From Candidatus Poribacteria bacterium (GTDB taxonomy: Bacteria; Poribacteria; WGA-4E; UBA9662), in NCBI GenBank assembly GCA_036339735.1, contig JAYZAL010000088.1, forward strand, positions 1 to 64,000: a DNA stretch of 64,000 nucleotides, written 5' to 3'. The notes beneath the pieces are model-generated. The model worked only from the letters and a program-made list of their open reading frames with translations, ran no database searches and was not told the DNA's origin. Below are positions 49,542 to 59,621 of the stretch, piece by piece. Each line of letters begins with the position of its first letter. Positions within the stretch are counted from its first letter, which is position 1. A program made the translations under genes and the position numbers.

Positions 49542-51533
49542 TTGGCAAGGAAACGGGTAACTCAGGCTGAAGAATGGCAGGCGTGGGCTAAACGATACGA
49601 TATTGACGGTGGCATCCGAAACTTTGAGTCAGGATTAACGCTCAAGGTTTTCTTAGGAGCTTTGTTTGTCGGTCTTCTGATGATGCCGGGTTCGCTTTAC
49701 TTAACCTTTGTTTCTGGTGAGGCGGGAGCTGCTGCGGCATCTTGGGTAGCAGTCATCTTGTTCACCGAGCTATCAAGGCGCTCATTTACCACTGCCACTC
49801 GTCAGGAACTATATATGCTTCTAGGACTGACTGGTGCTGCAGTTGGTTCAGGAACACAGTACCGTAACTTTATTTGGTATGCCTATTTTATTAATACTCC
49901 GCAGGCTGCCTCTTACGAAATTGCAGACAAAATTCCCTGGTGGGTTTGCCCACCTCCCGACTCTATAGCAATTGCTGAGCGTACACTTTTACACATGGAT
50001 TGGTTTTGGCCAATTCTGATCTATATTGTTTTCAAGTTATTAGGTACAGTTCGACATATTAGTGCTGGTTACCTCTTATTTCGTTTAACTGCGGATCTGG
50101 AACGCTTGCCTTACCCAATGGCACCAATTGCGGCGCAAGGTGCAACAGCTTTGGCTGAAACAACAGGTCGGGGTGAAACTTGGAAATGGCGAATTTTCTC
50201 AATTGGCTCCATGGCTGGTTTGATCTGGGGGTTCATTTACATTGGTGTTCCATCCTTAACCGGATTGATGATGTCAGAACCGATTCAAATTCTTAAGATT
50301 CCTTTCATTGACTTTACTCAAGCTATTGAAGGATTTGCTCCTTCGGGGCTCTTCGCACTCCGGACTGATTTCAGTCAAATTATCACCGGATTTGTTATGC
50401 CTTTTCCTGTTGTCATGTCGGAATTTATAACTGCGACATTTAGTCAGCTATTTTTGAATCCGTTTCTGTACAAACAAGGAGTGTTAGTGCAGTGGAAGTC
50501 TGGGATGGATGTACGGCAGGCTGGTTTAGTTAACGGACTAGATTTCTGGATTAGCTATGGGATGGGAAAAAGCTTCAGTATTGCCATAATAGGGTTAGCA
50601 ACCTCGATACCCATGGTTATTAAGCTAAGAGAAAAAAAGCAAGAACAATCAGGACAAAGAGGGACATTAGACCCCCCTCCGGGCCGAGGGGATTTCCCCC
50701 TCTGGCTGATGGCAATTCTTTGGGTTTTTGGTATGGGTATCTACGTTTATATCGTTCACAAATTCATGGTACCGAACTTTCCGTTACAGTTTTTGCTAGG
50801 ATTTGCTTTTCTATACACACCGCTGAATTCTTATGTAACAGCTCGTACGTTTGGTGTATTGGGCAAAGATTTGTTTGATATTCCTTACATTCATGAGATG
50901 ACTTTTATCTTGAGCCGTTATGAAGAAGTGGATATTTGGTTCGTTCATTTGCCAGATGAGGACTATGGCCGTGGGACTCAACACTGGCGTGTTCTTGAGT
51001 TAACAGGTACTACTTTTACTAGTAATATTGCTGGACAGCTTTTGATTATGCCAATCTTAATTGTGGCAGGTATTTTGGTGATGCACTTTATATGGCAGAT
51101 TGCCCCTATCCCATCAGCTCAATACCCTTTTGCTAATATGATGTGGCCAATCAATGCTACAATGGAGTGTATCAATAAAACCGCACTTAGGGATGGAAAT
51201 AGTCAAATGCTTCAAGCTATCCGTGGAGATTATGTCTCTACTGGATTTACTTCTTCTCTGGCAATCTATGGCGTGTTATGGATTGCAAAAATGCCGAGTA
51301 TGTGGTTTTACGGTATTATAGCGGGAATTGGAAATGATCCCGGTATTATCTTACCTCGCCTAATTGGTGCAGTTATAGGTCGTTTCTATATGATTAAACG
51401 GTTTGGTCTGAAACGATGGTTCATGTTCAACCCAGTCTTAGCTGCTGGATTCACTTGTGGAGTGGGTTTAACAGGTATGGCTGTTGTTGCTATATCCCTA
51501 GTGTCTAAAGCAGTTATTGTCAAGCCTTTTTAG
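49542..51533 (+). CDS. OPT-like ('peptide transporter') polytopic membrane protein
   Basis: GGAGG before TTG, many TM segments, GLTLKVFLG, RQELY and ERLPYPMA motifs reminiscent of OPT/YSL-like and DUF6785-type proteins. Confidence 0.7.
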   Translation: MARKRVTQAEEWQAWAKRYDIDGGIRNFESGLTLKVFLGALFVGLLMMPGSLYLTFVSGEAGAAAASWVAVILFTELSRRSFTTATRQELYMLLGLTGAAVGSGTQYRNFIWYAYFINTPQAASYEIADKIPWWVCPPPDSIAIAERTLLHMDWFWPILIYIVFKLLGTVRHISAGYLLFRLTADLERLPYPMAPIAAQGATALAETTGRGETWKWRIFSIGSMAGLIWGFIYIGVPSLTGLMMSEPIQILKIPFIDFTQAIEGFAPSGLFALRTDFSQIITGFVMPFPVVMSEFITATFSQLFLNPFLYKQGVLVQWKSGMDVRQAGLVNGLDFWISYGMGKSFSIAIIGLATSIPMVIKLREKKQEQSGQRGTLDPPPGRGDFPLWLMAILWVFGMGIYVYIVHKFMVPNFPLQFLLGFAFLYTPLNSYVTARTFGVLGKDLFDIPYIHEMTFILSRYEEVDIWFVHLPDEDYGRGTQHWRVLELTGTTFTSNIAGQLLIMPILIVAGILVMHFIWQIAPIPSAQYPFANMMWPINATMECINKTALRDGNSQMLQAIRGDYVSTGFTSSLAIYGVLWIAKMPSMWFYGIIAGIGNDPGIILPRLIGAVIGRFYMIKRFGLKRWFMFNPVLAAGFTCGVGLTGMAVVAISLVSKAVIVKPF

Positions 51534-51588
51534 AGAGAATTTTTCGTATTAAACAAGAATTTAAATAACAAGATTGAAACAGGATTTA

Positions 51589-52329
51589 ATGAGATACTTA
51601 TCTTTATTTTTGGTGATTTTAGTCAACTGCACAGGTTGCCTAACTCAATTGACACAAAACTTGGCACCCAGTGGTGAGTTTGTTAATTACGCTTTAGCCG
51701 AAAATGGTGCAACTGCAGTTGCATCAGGAAGTAGTGGTGACCGAAACGCTAGTACAGTTATCAATGGAATAACCGATTCCAAGGGTTGGGATAAAGGAGA
51801 AGGGTGGGCGATGACTTTCAACCGCGAACATATGCGTTCTGGTATGATGCGCTATGAAAGTCGTATGACTCGAAAAGAACAACGTGGTGGAGCTTGGGTT
51901 GAAGTTAGACTACCGGAGCCCAAGCGAGTCAACCGTATGGTAGTTTATACTGTTGACAGTAATAAATATCCTGCATCCAAATTTGGTATTTACGAAGGTA
52001 ATTTTCAGGTCTGGGACAAGGATAATTGGAAAACAATTGCCAAAGTAAAGAATGGAAAAATCGAATACTTGACAACTACAGCAGGTAGAACGGAAGCCAA
52101 GGGACGGATTTTATTACGATTCCAACCTATTCTCACTAACATGGCGCGTGTAATGGTTTTTCGTAGTAACGATCGTAAGGTCGTTGATAAGACCTACAGT
52201 TCAACTATAGAAGAAAATACTGCTCGGATTGTTGAAATTGAAATAACAGGCTATGAGACCTTTGATCCAAACACCCAAGCGAGTAAAAATCAGGAAGAAG
52301 ATGAACTAGATAGTCTATTGAAACAATAG
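51589..52329 (+). CDS. Putative lipoprotein with discoidin / galactose-binding-like domain
   Basis: Signal ending ...VNCTGC, then NYALAENGATAVAS, VINGI, AWVEVRLPEPKRVNRMVVY, IVEIEITG. Confidence 0.7.
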   Translation: MRYLSLFLVILVNCTGCLTQLTQNLAPSGEFVNYALAENGATAVASGSSGDRNASTVINGITDSKGWDKGEGWAMTFNREHMRSGMMRYESRMTRKEQRGGAWVEVRLPEPKRVNRMVVYTVDSNKYPASKFGIYEGNFQVWDKDNWKTIAKVKNGKIEYLTTTAGRTEAKGRILLRFQPILTNMARVMVFRSNDRKVVDKTYSSTIEENTARIVEIEITGYETFDPNTQASKNQEEDELDSLLKQ

Positions 52330-52336
52330 ACAAAAC

Positions 52337-53407
52337 ATGATTTTGACAACATTTGGTTGGGCTGGAATTACCCTTTCGGTTCCTGATGATTGGGAAATCG
52401 CAGGCATTAGTGGGGATCAAAAATCTGGTTACTTGCGACTAGATGATGCAGAAATGCCAAGATTGGAACTCAAGTGGTCAGAGAGCAAGAAGCGTCGAGG
52501 AGTCAATCAGGAGGATCTTCATTCCGTCTTGGACGAATATTTCAAGTTAGTACGAAAAAGCTATCGACGGAAGAGAGATAAAAAGACACAATCGAATGAT
52601 CTGAATATAACAAGAGATATAGACCTTCTCAAAAATGATCAGGGAATCGACCTCCATGCCCCTATCTTTTTTCAGTGGAGAGGTGATGTGTTCGCTCATG
52701 GAGTTATATATCATTGTCCTGATAGTAAACGGATTACTATCGCTCAGGTAATGGGCCAGACTCGACAAAGTCTTCGTTCTGTCTCGATCCCGATTTTTCT
52801 CTCTTTAAAGAACTTGCCAAGCGGAGAAATTGGTAGTGAGTTCTTATGGAGTGCCTACCAGATGAGTTTCCGTACACCAGAGCGATATCGGTTAGAAAAG
52901 CACCAACTATTATCCGGTTATTTACTATTCTCCTTTGTTGACCCCGGACCATTTCTTGATCGAAAGCGTCGTTTGAGTGTTGAGCGGTATGGTTTAGCTG
53001 ATGTATTACTGAAAAATTGTGAATTAGAAGATTGGTTCCGAAATCAATACCGAAAATCTCTGCAAGGGTTCGGCTACCAAATAGAAATAGTAGATGATGG
53101 TGTAGACCAGAAATTTACCCTAGTGGGACAAGAAAATCGATTATCTGATAATATTCCTATACAGCCTTTGCAAAATCTGGATCGACTACAGCGTAGAAAA
53201 AGTATAGCGACGCATGTACGCCACTGTCGTCAATCTAATCGAATTTTCGTAGTGCAGTCGGTCTCTAAGCATGAATCCCTTCAAGTAGTTAATGGAGTCG
53301 CAAGTAGTATTGTTTGTCACTCTGATATGGACGACCTTTCTGTAAACACCACACAAAAAGATCATGCTGGATCAAATACTATACAAGCTCAGATTAAAAA
53401 AGCCTGA
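52337..53407 (+). CDS. Hypothetical soluble protein with an internal duplication
   Basis: Two similar halves: FGWAGITLSVPDDWEI...SGYLRL and LWSAYQMSFRTPERYRL...SGYLLF. Starts 7 nt after the upstream stop. Confidence 0.75.
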   Translation: MILTTFGWAGITLSVPDDWEIAGISGDQKSGYLRLDDAEMPRLELKWSESKKRRGVNQEDLHSVLDEYFKLVRKSYRRKRDKKTQSNDLNITRDIDLLKNDQGIDLHAPIFFQWRGDVFAHGVIYHCPDSKRITIAQVMGQTRQSLRSVSIPIFLSLKNLPSGEIGSEFLWSAYQMSFRTPERYRLEKHQLLSGYLLFSFVDPGPFLDRKRRLSVERYGLADVLLKNCELEDWFRNQYRKSLQGFGYQIEIVDDGVDQKFTLVGQENRLSDNIPIQPLQNLDRLQRRKSIATHVRHCRQSNRIFVVQSVSKHESLQVVNGVASSIVCHSDMDDLSVNTTQKDHAGSNTIQAQIKKA

Positions 53408-53789
53408 TTTGCCAGACCGCAGTGAGCTGATGAAAGCACTTCCGTTGCGGAATCAACTAGTAGAATGGAAATCAGATGATAAGGGTGAAGTCGCTTTAAC
53501 TATCCCACAAAACCATAAAGCATGGCTACGCATTCTGGCTCGTGTATTTAGCCTCCCAGATAAACGAGTAATTGTACTGGATGATGTTGGGTCTTATGTT
53601 TGGCAGCTATGTGATGGGAAGAAATCGTTAAGTCAAATATCCAAGCAAGTTAGCGATAAATATAATTTGACTGTCAAAGAGGCTGAAATGTCTCTCATCG
53701 AATACCTAAGAACGCTAGGAAAACGAGGAATCATCGGTTTCGCTATCCCCAAGAGTATGGAAAAGTCAATTAAGAAAAGGAAAAAATAG
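53364..53789 (+). CDS. PqqD / RiPP-recognition-element (RRE) family protein
   Basis: VIVLDDVGSYVWQLCDGKKSLSQISKQVSDKY...IEYLRTLGKRGII matches the PqqD pattern L-x-x-x-G-x-x-IW-x-L-x-DG. Confidence 0.85.
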   Translation: MLDQILYKLRLKKPDLPDRSELMKALPLRNQLVEWKSDDKGEVALTIPQNHKAWLRILARVFSLPDKRVIVLDDVGSYVWQLCDGKKSLSQISKQVSDKYNLTVKEAEMSLIEYLRTLGKRGIIGFAIPKSMEKSIKKRKK

Positions 53790-54593
53790 ATGGAAGAAAC
53801 CAGAAATGTTGTTCCAGTAACACAAGACTCTCCAGCTAAATTTCAGCGGGTTCTACCTAAAGAAAATACTGTTCGAGTTCGAAATTTGATTAAGAAATAC
53901 GAAATGGGAGATACCGTAGTCGAAGCACTACGAGGGGTTAATTTCGAAATCAAGCGCGGTGAATATATCTCTATCATGGGAGCTTCAGGATCGGGAAAGT
54001 CAACGTTGTTTAATATGGTCGGTGGGCTCGATAAGCCAACAGAAGGTCGAGTGTATATTGATGAGGTCGATATCGCCCAGTTGGATGCAGCCGAACTGGC
54101 CTGGTTACGTTGTCGAAAAATTGGCTATATTTTTCAATCGTTTAACTTGATTCCGGTCATGACTGCCTTGGAAAATGTTTCTTTACCAATGATTTTTGCC
54201 GGTGAAACTGCGGATGATAGCCGCGATAAAGCTGTAGATCTACTTGATCAAGTTGGCCTCACAGGACGAGTGCACCATAAGCCTTTAGAATTGTCGGGTG
54301 GACAACAACAGCGAGTTGCTATAGCTAGAGCTTTGGCCAACGATCCCACTATCCTCCTAGCAGATGAACCAACTGGCAATCTAGACACTAAAACAGGTTT
54401 AGAAATTATAGATTTAGTCAAACGACTGAATGCTGAGCGGGGTACGACTATCATTACGGCTACTCATGACACAAAGATGTTAGATGTTTCAGACCGGATT
54501 TTTGAGATGGAAGATGGTCGGGTCATGAAAATTGAAACTCGAGATGAAATTGATCTACAGGTCGGAAAACTAGATGGGGAAGAAGTCGGGTAG
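53790..54593 (+). CDS. ABC ATPase, LolD/MacB/FtsE type
   Basis: Walker A GASGSGKST, IGYIFQSFNL, LSGGQQQR, LADEPTGNLD, ATHD. Confidence 0.95.
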   Translation: MEETRNVVPVTQDSPAKFQRVLPKENTVRVRNLIKKYEMGDTVVEALRGVNFEIKRGEYISIMGASGSGKSTLFNMVGGLDKPTEGRVYIDEVDIAQLDAAELAWLRCRKIGYIFQSFNLIPVMTALENVSLPMIFAGETADDSRDKAVDLLDQVGLTGRVHHKPLELSGGQQQRVAIARALANDPTILLADEPTGNLDTKTGLEIIDLVKRLNAERGTTIITATHDTKMLDVSDRIFEMEDGRVMKIETRDEIDLQVGKLDGEEVG

Positions 54594-54638
54594 AAACTGG
54601 TTCAGATTTTCATATATAACTCGTCGATCTGTTTTACT

Positions 54639-56321
54639 TCAGATCTTCTGACCTTCGATCAAGGTATATACCTGATTTGCTGACAAATTTTTGTGATGGT
54701 CAGTTTGCCCACTTGGCCATTGGATTTCCACGTGCTTAATTACTGTATCTGTCCCTAGTCCAAAATGTACTCGTAGGTCGCTGGCGGATAGATAGCTACC
54801 ATCGGATCGTACTTCCCGATACTGTGTTAAGTTCTCAGTAGTAACCATAATTTTGGAACCAATTCCTGACTTGTTACTTTTGACACCTATTGTCTTGAAC
54901 ATCACCCAATGGTTTCGGTTACCAACTTCGTTCCTTAATAGATCCGGAGACTGGTTCCAATTCGTTACGATAATATCAATATCACCGTCGTTATCGTAAT
55001 CACCAAAAGCCGCTGATCTACTAACCTTCTTTATATTCAGACCACCTGTTCCATTCACTAGTTCAAAAGTACCGTTGTGCTGATTTCGAAATAAGAGGTT
55101 TTTTTGAGGGAAAGTAACGTTAGGTTCTAATTGATTAATGTTATCCATCACATGACCGTTCACTACAAACACATCCTGCCACCCATCATTATCATAATCA
55201 AAAAATTTGATTCCCCAACCTAAATAATTATAAGTTTGCTCAGCCATTCCTGTAGTAATAGTTAAATCCATAAAGAAATCGTTACCTTCATTATGGTAAA
55301 TAGTATTGGTCTCAGTCTGAAAGTTACTGACTGTTAAGTCGAGGTAACCGTCATTGTCATAATCTCCAAAAGCAGTTCCCATTCCAGCTTCTTCCTTCCC
55401 CATACCATTATAAGCCACTCCTGCAAGTAATGCGATTTCGTCAAAGTTTCCATCACCTCGATTCTGAAATAAAAAATTTGGGTCTTGATCATTTGCCAGA
55501 TAGAAATCAGAGTCGCCATCATTATCGTAGTCTCCCACTACCACTCCTAACCCATGACAAGGTAGTGGCTGATTAATTCCTCTTTGTTCAGCCTGGTCAA
55601 TAAAGGTACCATCGCCGTTATTGACGAATAACCTATCAGGAGTTGGTGAATAGGCATGTGGTCCACAATAAACATGGATCTGGCGAATAATACATTGATA
55701 GTCAAGAGTTACATCATAGTTAGCGTAGTTGGTAACATAGAGATCAAGATGACCATCATTGTTAATGTCGGTCAATGCACAACTAGTTCCCCAACTTAGG
55801 TTATTGATTTCAGCCGATTGTGTTACATTTTTAAAACTTCCATCCCCTTGGTTTCGATACAAGACATCAGCACCAAAGTTCGTCAAATACAAATCGATAA
55901 AACCATCGTTGTCATAGTCACCGGTTGTACAACCTACACCGTATCCAGCATGACCTAAATTAGTGTCTGATGTGACATTAACAAATGACCCATCTCCCTG
56001 GTTTTGGTACATTTGGTTCGGCGCAGTCATATCAGATGAGGGTAATTGCTTAGCTCCATTCAACAGATAAATATCTAAATCACCATCATTATCATAGTCA
56101 AAAAGAGCAACTCCGGATCCAAGAAATTCATTAAACAATCGTTTTCGGCTGTGACCATCCGAGTGTACAAAATTGATTCGAGCAGTTTCGGTTACTGAAC
56201 GAAAAATTACCTCGGCAGGGATTGTAATAATGCCAGTAAAAAACGAAACCAAACACAAATAGGTATAAGACCTGATTTGCCTATTTAGTCTTGTTCTTTT
56301 GAGCTTGTAAAATTTCATCAA
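54639..56321 (-). CDS. CRTAC1 family protein (FG-GAP repeats plus ASPIC/UnbV domain)
   Basis: Repeated (G)DYDNDG-x-x-D units; C-terminal GSYLSASDLRVHFGLG...WPSG. Start uncertain. Confidence 0.92.
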   Translation of the reverse strand: MMKFYKLKRTRLNRQIRSYTYLCLVSFFTGIITIPAEVIFRSVTETARINFVHSDGHSRKRLFNEFLGSGVALFDYDNDGDLDIYLLNGAKQLPSSDMTAPNQMYQNQGDGSFVNVTSDTNLGHAGYGVGCTTGDYDNDGFIDLYLTNFGADVLYRNQGDGSFKNVTQSAEINNLSWGTSCALTDINNDGHLDLYVTNYANYDVTLDYQCIIRQIHVYCGPHAYSPTPDRLFVNNGDGTFIDQAEQRGINQPLPCHGLGVVVGDYDNDGDSDFYLANDQDPNFLFQNRGDGNFDEIALLAGVAYNGMGKEEAGMGTAFGDYDNDGYLDLTVSNFQTETNTIYHNEGNDFFMDLTITTGMAEQTYNYLGWGIKFFDYDNDGWQDVFVVNGHVMDNINQLEPNVTFPQKNLLFRNQHNGTFELVNGTGGLNIKKVSRSAAFGDYDNDGDIDIIVTNWNQSPDLLRNEVGNRNHWVMFKTIGVKSNKSGIGSKIMVTTENLTQYREVRSDGSYLSASDLRVHFGLGTDTVIKHVEIQWPSGQTDHHKNLSANQVYTLIEGQKI

Positions 56322-57816
56322 GTCGTTTTTGATAATGTATATTATCAGGAGATTTTGATAATGCTTGTCGAATGGTGGCTTCAGCCAGGTGCAACTTGTC
56401 TTGACGCAAGTAAACCAGAGCTAGAGTTGCTAATTCTGGTGATGATGGGTTGAGTTTGACTGCTTTTTGTGCAAATTTTTCAGCATTAACCAAATAAGTT
56501 CCAGTTTCAGCGTAGATTTGGGCAATATATAGATAAGGGCGAGAATCGTTTCTCCCACCTTTTATGGCTGTTTGAAAAGCCACTAAAGCTTCATTGGTTT
56601 GTCCATTTTCGATACGCAATTGACCAAGCGTTATCATGACATCAGGCCCACAATCACCAAGCTTTACAATCTGTTCATAAACGGAGAGTGCTAAATCAGA
56701 ATTGCCTTCAGCCAAATGAACTTCGGCCAATCCATGATAAGCTAAAGTTAAACTAGGAGACAATCGAATAGCTTTTTGTAGTAACTGCTTAGCTTCTTCA
56801 AAACGTTGTTGTTTTGTGTAAATCCAACCCAATCTCAGATGTGTTTCCAAAGATTCTGGGCGTAATTGGATGAGACGATCAAAAGCTGAAATAGCAGTCT
56901 CAAAATCTCCCATCTGCATATAAATACGACCTAATTGATCCCAAGCCTCACCTATTTCGGGTTGTTCTAATGTAATCATTCTATAGTCGTTCAGGCTAGC
57001 TGTCAAATTTTGGTTACGATAATGTAGTTCGGCTATTTCTAGGCGAATTTGGACGTTAGTCGGCTCATCAACTAACATCATTTGTAAATCATGGATTTGG
57101 TCAAAGTATTTTTTCAGCGTTTTAAATTGTTTCTGATGATGATTGGCTAACTCACGATTATCTATTTGCTGATAGACTTTTATTAAACCAAAGTGTGGTC
57201 GATGATCAAAGGGGTCTAGATCGATCATTTTTTTGAAGTGCTCAATAGCTTTCTGCGTCCGATTTTGTATAAGGGCAATATGACCCAGTTCTTGATAAGC
57301 ATCGGAGAAAGTAGAATTTTGTTGGATAGATTGAATGAAAGCGGAGCGAGCATCATCCAATTGTCTCCAAAAGAGATAGACTTTCCCTATATAGTAATGC
57401 GATTCAGCTAAATTAGGCAGAGTTTTTGTGGCTGATTTAGCCTGTTGAAACGCTAAGTCGAGCTGACCTAACTGAAGATAAATTTCAGCTAACATTACGT
57501 GTGTCTGATTAGAAATTAACTCAGTTGGACTAAGATCGAATATTGGGCTTAAAATCTCTGACGCCTTGTGGTAACGGCGCTGCCGACGATAACAATCACC
57601 CAAATAATAGCGGATCAGAAAGGAAGACGGATTTTTTCTAAGAAGAGGGGACAAGACTCCGATTGCTAAAGGATATGACTCTTGCTCTATATAGCCAATT
57701 GCCAGCTCTAGCTGATGCTTATCGGATGTTGCTGCTGAAAAAAGGAGATTGGAGATTAAGCAGAGTCCAAAAGTCAGACTAAATAACTTAGCCGGTGTAG
57801 AACCTATACGTTCCAT
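56281..57816 (-). CDS. Secreted multi-TPR protein
   Basis: Signal-like N-terminus and many TPRs (AESHYYIGKVY, EAWDQLGRIY, ETHLRLGWIY). ATG 57816 preferred over track start 57861. Confidence 0.88.
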   Translation of the reverse strand: MERIGSTPAKLFSLTFGLCLISNLLFSAATSDKHQLELAIGYIEQESYPLAIGVLSPLLRKNPSSFLIRYYLGDCYRRQRRYHKASEILSPIFDLSPTELISNQTHVMLAEIYLQLGQLDLAFQQAKSATKTLPNLAESHYYIGKVYLFWRQLDDARSAFIQSIQQNSTFSDAYQELGHIALIQNRTQKAIEHFKKMIDLDPFDHRPHFGLIKVYQQIDNRELANHHQKQFKTLKKYFDQIHDLQMMLVDEPTNVQIRLEIAELHYRNQNLTASLNDYRMITLEQPEIGEAWDQLGRIYMQMGDFETAISAFDRLIQLRPESLETHLRLGWIYTKQQRFEEAKQLLQKAIRLSPSLTLAYHGLAEVHLAEGNSDLALSVYEQIVKLGDCGPDVMITLGQLRIENGQTNEALVAFQTAIKGGRNDSRPYLYIAQIYAETGTYLVNAEKFAQKAVKLNPSSPELATLALVYLRQDKLHLAEATIRQALSKSPDNIHYQKRLDEILQAQKNKTK

Positions 57817-58688
57817 TTTTGACGAGCTTGGTGCATAGGGACAGTTTCGCCTTTTTGCCAAGCATAATGACCAATTGGTTCCGATCCAACCCAGCGTTCG
57901 TCAACCGGTTCATTAGCTGGTTGATAACGTGTATCAGCCGTTAGACGGAAGCGATTAGTTGTATTATCTAATGAGGCATGCATAGTAAACATACCAAATA
58001 TTAGAACATCACCAACTTGAAAATTAGTTGTCTGCCACTGTCCACCATATTTATCAATCAATTCGAAAGGGTCGTTTGAAAATGAACCAGTAACATGATC
58101 TCGGTCCACGTCCATTTGTCCGTATGTTTCTTTGATTATATCAAAACGATGTGAACCCACCAAGATTGCCAGTGGACCTAGCTCTATTGGAATATCACCT
58201 ATGGGCGTCCAACAAGTCAAAACATTATCTGTTCCACGACCCATATAGACAATATCATAATGTGCTCCAGTGAACCCTTTTGGTGGAACAACCCTTAACC
58301 ATTTATAATCATAAGTCAAAGCAGTTGTTCCGAAAAATTGGTCAAAAAAATTCATAATCTGTGGGGATTCGACTAAATCTAAAAAATTATCATCTCTTGT
58401 CATCTCTTTATGACCACCGAAGAAACCACCCCGATGACTGGTTTTTGCCACACCATTCAATAAGGGGAAATCAGTATCAATTTGTCCTTGAATTGAAAGT
58501 TGATTTATCAGGTGCTGTCGAGCGGTCTCCACCAAATTGGCTGGTTGCAGTTTGCGAATCAGTAAATATCCATCTTCTTTGAATCTCTGATGCAAAGCAC
58601 TCACTGAATCTAAGATGTCGTTTGATTCTCTTAACCAGCCTAGATATTTCCCACCTAACGTCATTTGGAATTGGTTCATGGTAACCAT
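57804..58688 (-). CDS. PhyH-family Fe(II)/2OG dioxygenase
   Basis: FKEDGYLL, HxD (AHYD), TCWTPIGD, GSH, GDVLIF...MHAS...R. Confidence 0.88.
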   Translation of the reverse strand: MVTMNQFQMTLGGKYLGWLRESNDILDSVSALHQRFKEDGYLLIRKLQPANLVETARQHLINQLSIQGQIDTDFPLLNGVAKTSHRGGFFGGHKEMTRDDNFLDLVESPQIMNFFDQFFGTTALTYDYKWLRVVPPKGFTGAHYDIVYMGRGTDNVLTCWTPIGDIPIELGPLAILVGSHRFDIIKETYGQMDVDRDHVTGSFSNDPFELIDKYGGQWQTTNFQVGDVLIFGMFTMHASLDNTTNRFRLTADTRYQPANEPVDERWVGSEPIGHYAWQKGETVPMHQARQKWNV

Positions 58689-58772
58689 TTATGACTTCTC
58701 CTAGATAACAACGTTCTATACAAAAAATTGATGTCGGTTGAAAACAATCATACACTGAATATACTACGGTCT

Positions 58773-59621
58773 TCAACTCACAATGTTAGTTGTCTCTATT
58801 GAGGGCCAAGACCAAATCCTTAGCGCAGTACGCCCTAAAACCCAGGTGAGTTCATCAGCAGTGAAAAATGGCATTTCATTTCTTACCACTGACAACGTCT
58901 CCGTATAGCTTGCTTTATCAAGACAAACTGGCCAATCCGTTCCCCACATGATTCGATTCGCCCCAAACGATTGATGAACAGATTCTACAAGGTCGTAAGT
59001 ATCAACCCACGGGTATTGCTTATGTGAAATAGACCAAGTATGGCTAATTTTGATAAAAACGCGTGGGTAACGGGCTAAATCAATTAGAAGTTGGCGCTGA
59101 TTTCTATCATTAATTGGACAGTCTGCCATGTGATCGACAACCACATCCACATCATTATATTGATCTAAAATGTTAGTCAAATCAGGAAGTCGTTTCGGTT
59201 TAGTCAAGACCAGAATAGGAATATTGTGTTTCTCAGCTCTATTAAAAATCGGTCCCATCAAATCTGGTCGAGAAAACCAATCACCCGAGGAGTCTATTGA
59301 TGGGCTTAACCGCATTCCTTGCAAACCATGTTCTTCGACCCAGTAACTTAGATGGTCAGCAGCAGATGGGTCTTCAGGGTTAATTCTTCCTACTCCCACA
59401 AATTTGTGAGGGTATTTCCTAACGGTATGAGATACGAAACTGTTATCCCAACGGTAGTGAATAACTTGGACCAAAACTGTTTTTTCCACGCCGTTTTTAT
59501 TCATTAGGTCGAGCAACATTTCTGGTGTTGCGTCATCTTTGGGTGGGTTAATCGTCTCTTTAGCCCATGGAAATTTAGGATCATTTTTCCAAACGTGAAC
59601 ATGAGGGTCAATTATTCTCAC
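58773..59621 (-). CDS. Amidohydrolase_2 family protein (lactonase-like)
   Basis: IIDPHVHVW, VLVQ, VDHMA, IKIS, MWGTDWP. Confidence 0.9.
   Translation of the reverse strand: MRIIDPHVHVWKNDPKFPWAKETINPPKDDATPEMLLDLMNKNGVEKTVLVQVIHYRWDNSFVSHTVRKYPHKFVGVGRINPEDPSAADHLSYWVEEHGLQGMRLSPSIDSSGDWFSRPDLMGPIFNRAEKHNIPILVLTKPKRLPDLTNILDQYNDVDVVVDHMADCPINDRNQRQLLIDLARYPRVFIKISHTWSISHKQYPWVDTYDLVESVHQSFGANRIMWGTDWPVCLDKASYTETLSVVRNEMPFFTADELTWVLGRTALRIWSWPSIETTNIVS

Noticed and set aside
39007-54593. Classical RiPP or PQQ cluster (radical SAM-SPASM + PqqD + peptidase + ABC)
   Set aside because: No precursor-like peptide or pqqABC genes were found, the radical SAM is on the opposite strand paired with a glycosyltransferase, and the peptidase motifs are non-canonical. 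Kept only as a secondary hypothesis.
54960-56110. Recurring ATCATTATCATAGTC-like nucleotide repeats
   Set aside because: They are the coding DYDNDG FG-GAP repeats of the CRTAC1 protein, not a CRISPR array or DNA repeat element.
56686-56694. GAGTGCTAA, a CIRCE right half-site
   Set aside because: It lies inside the TPR CDS with no TTAGCACTC partner, and there is no CIRCE upstream of hsp20-lon.
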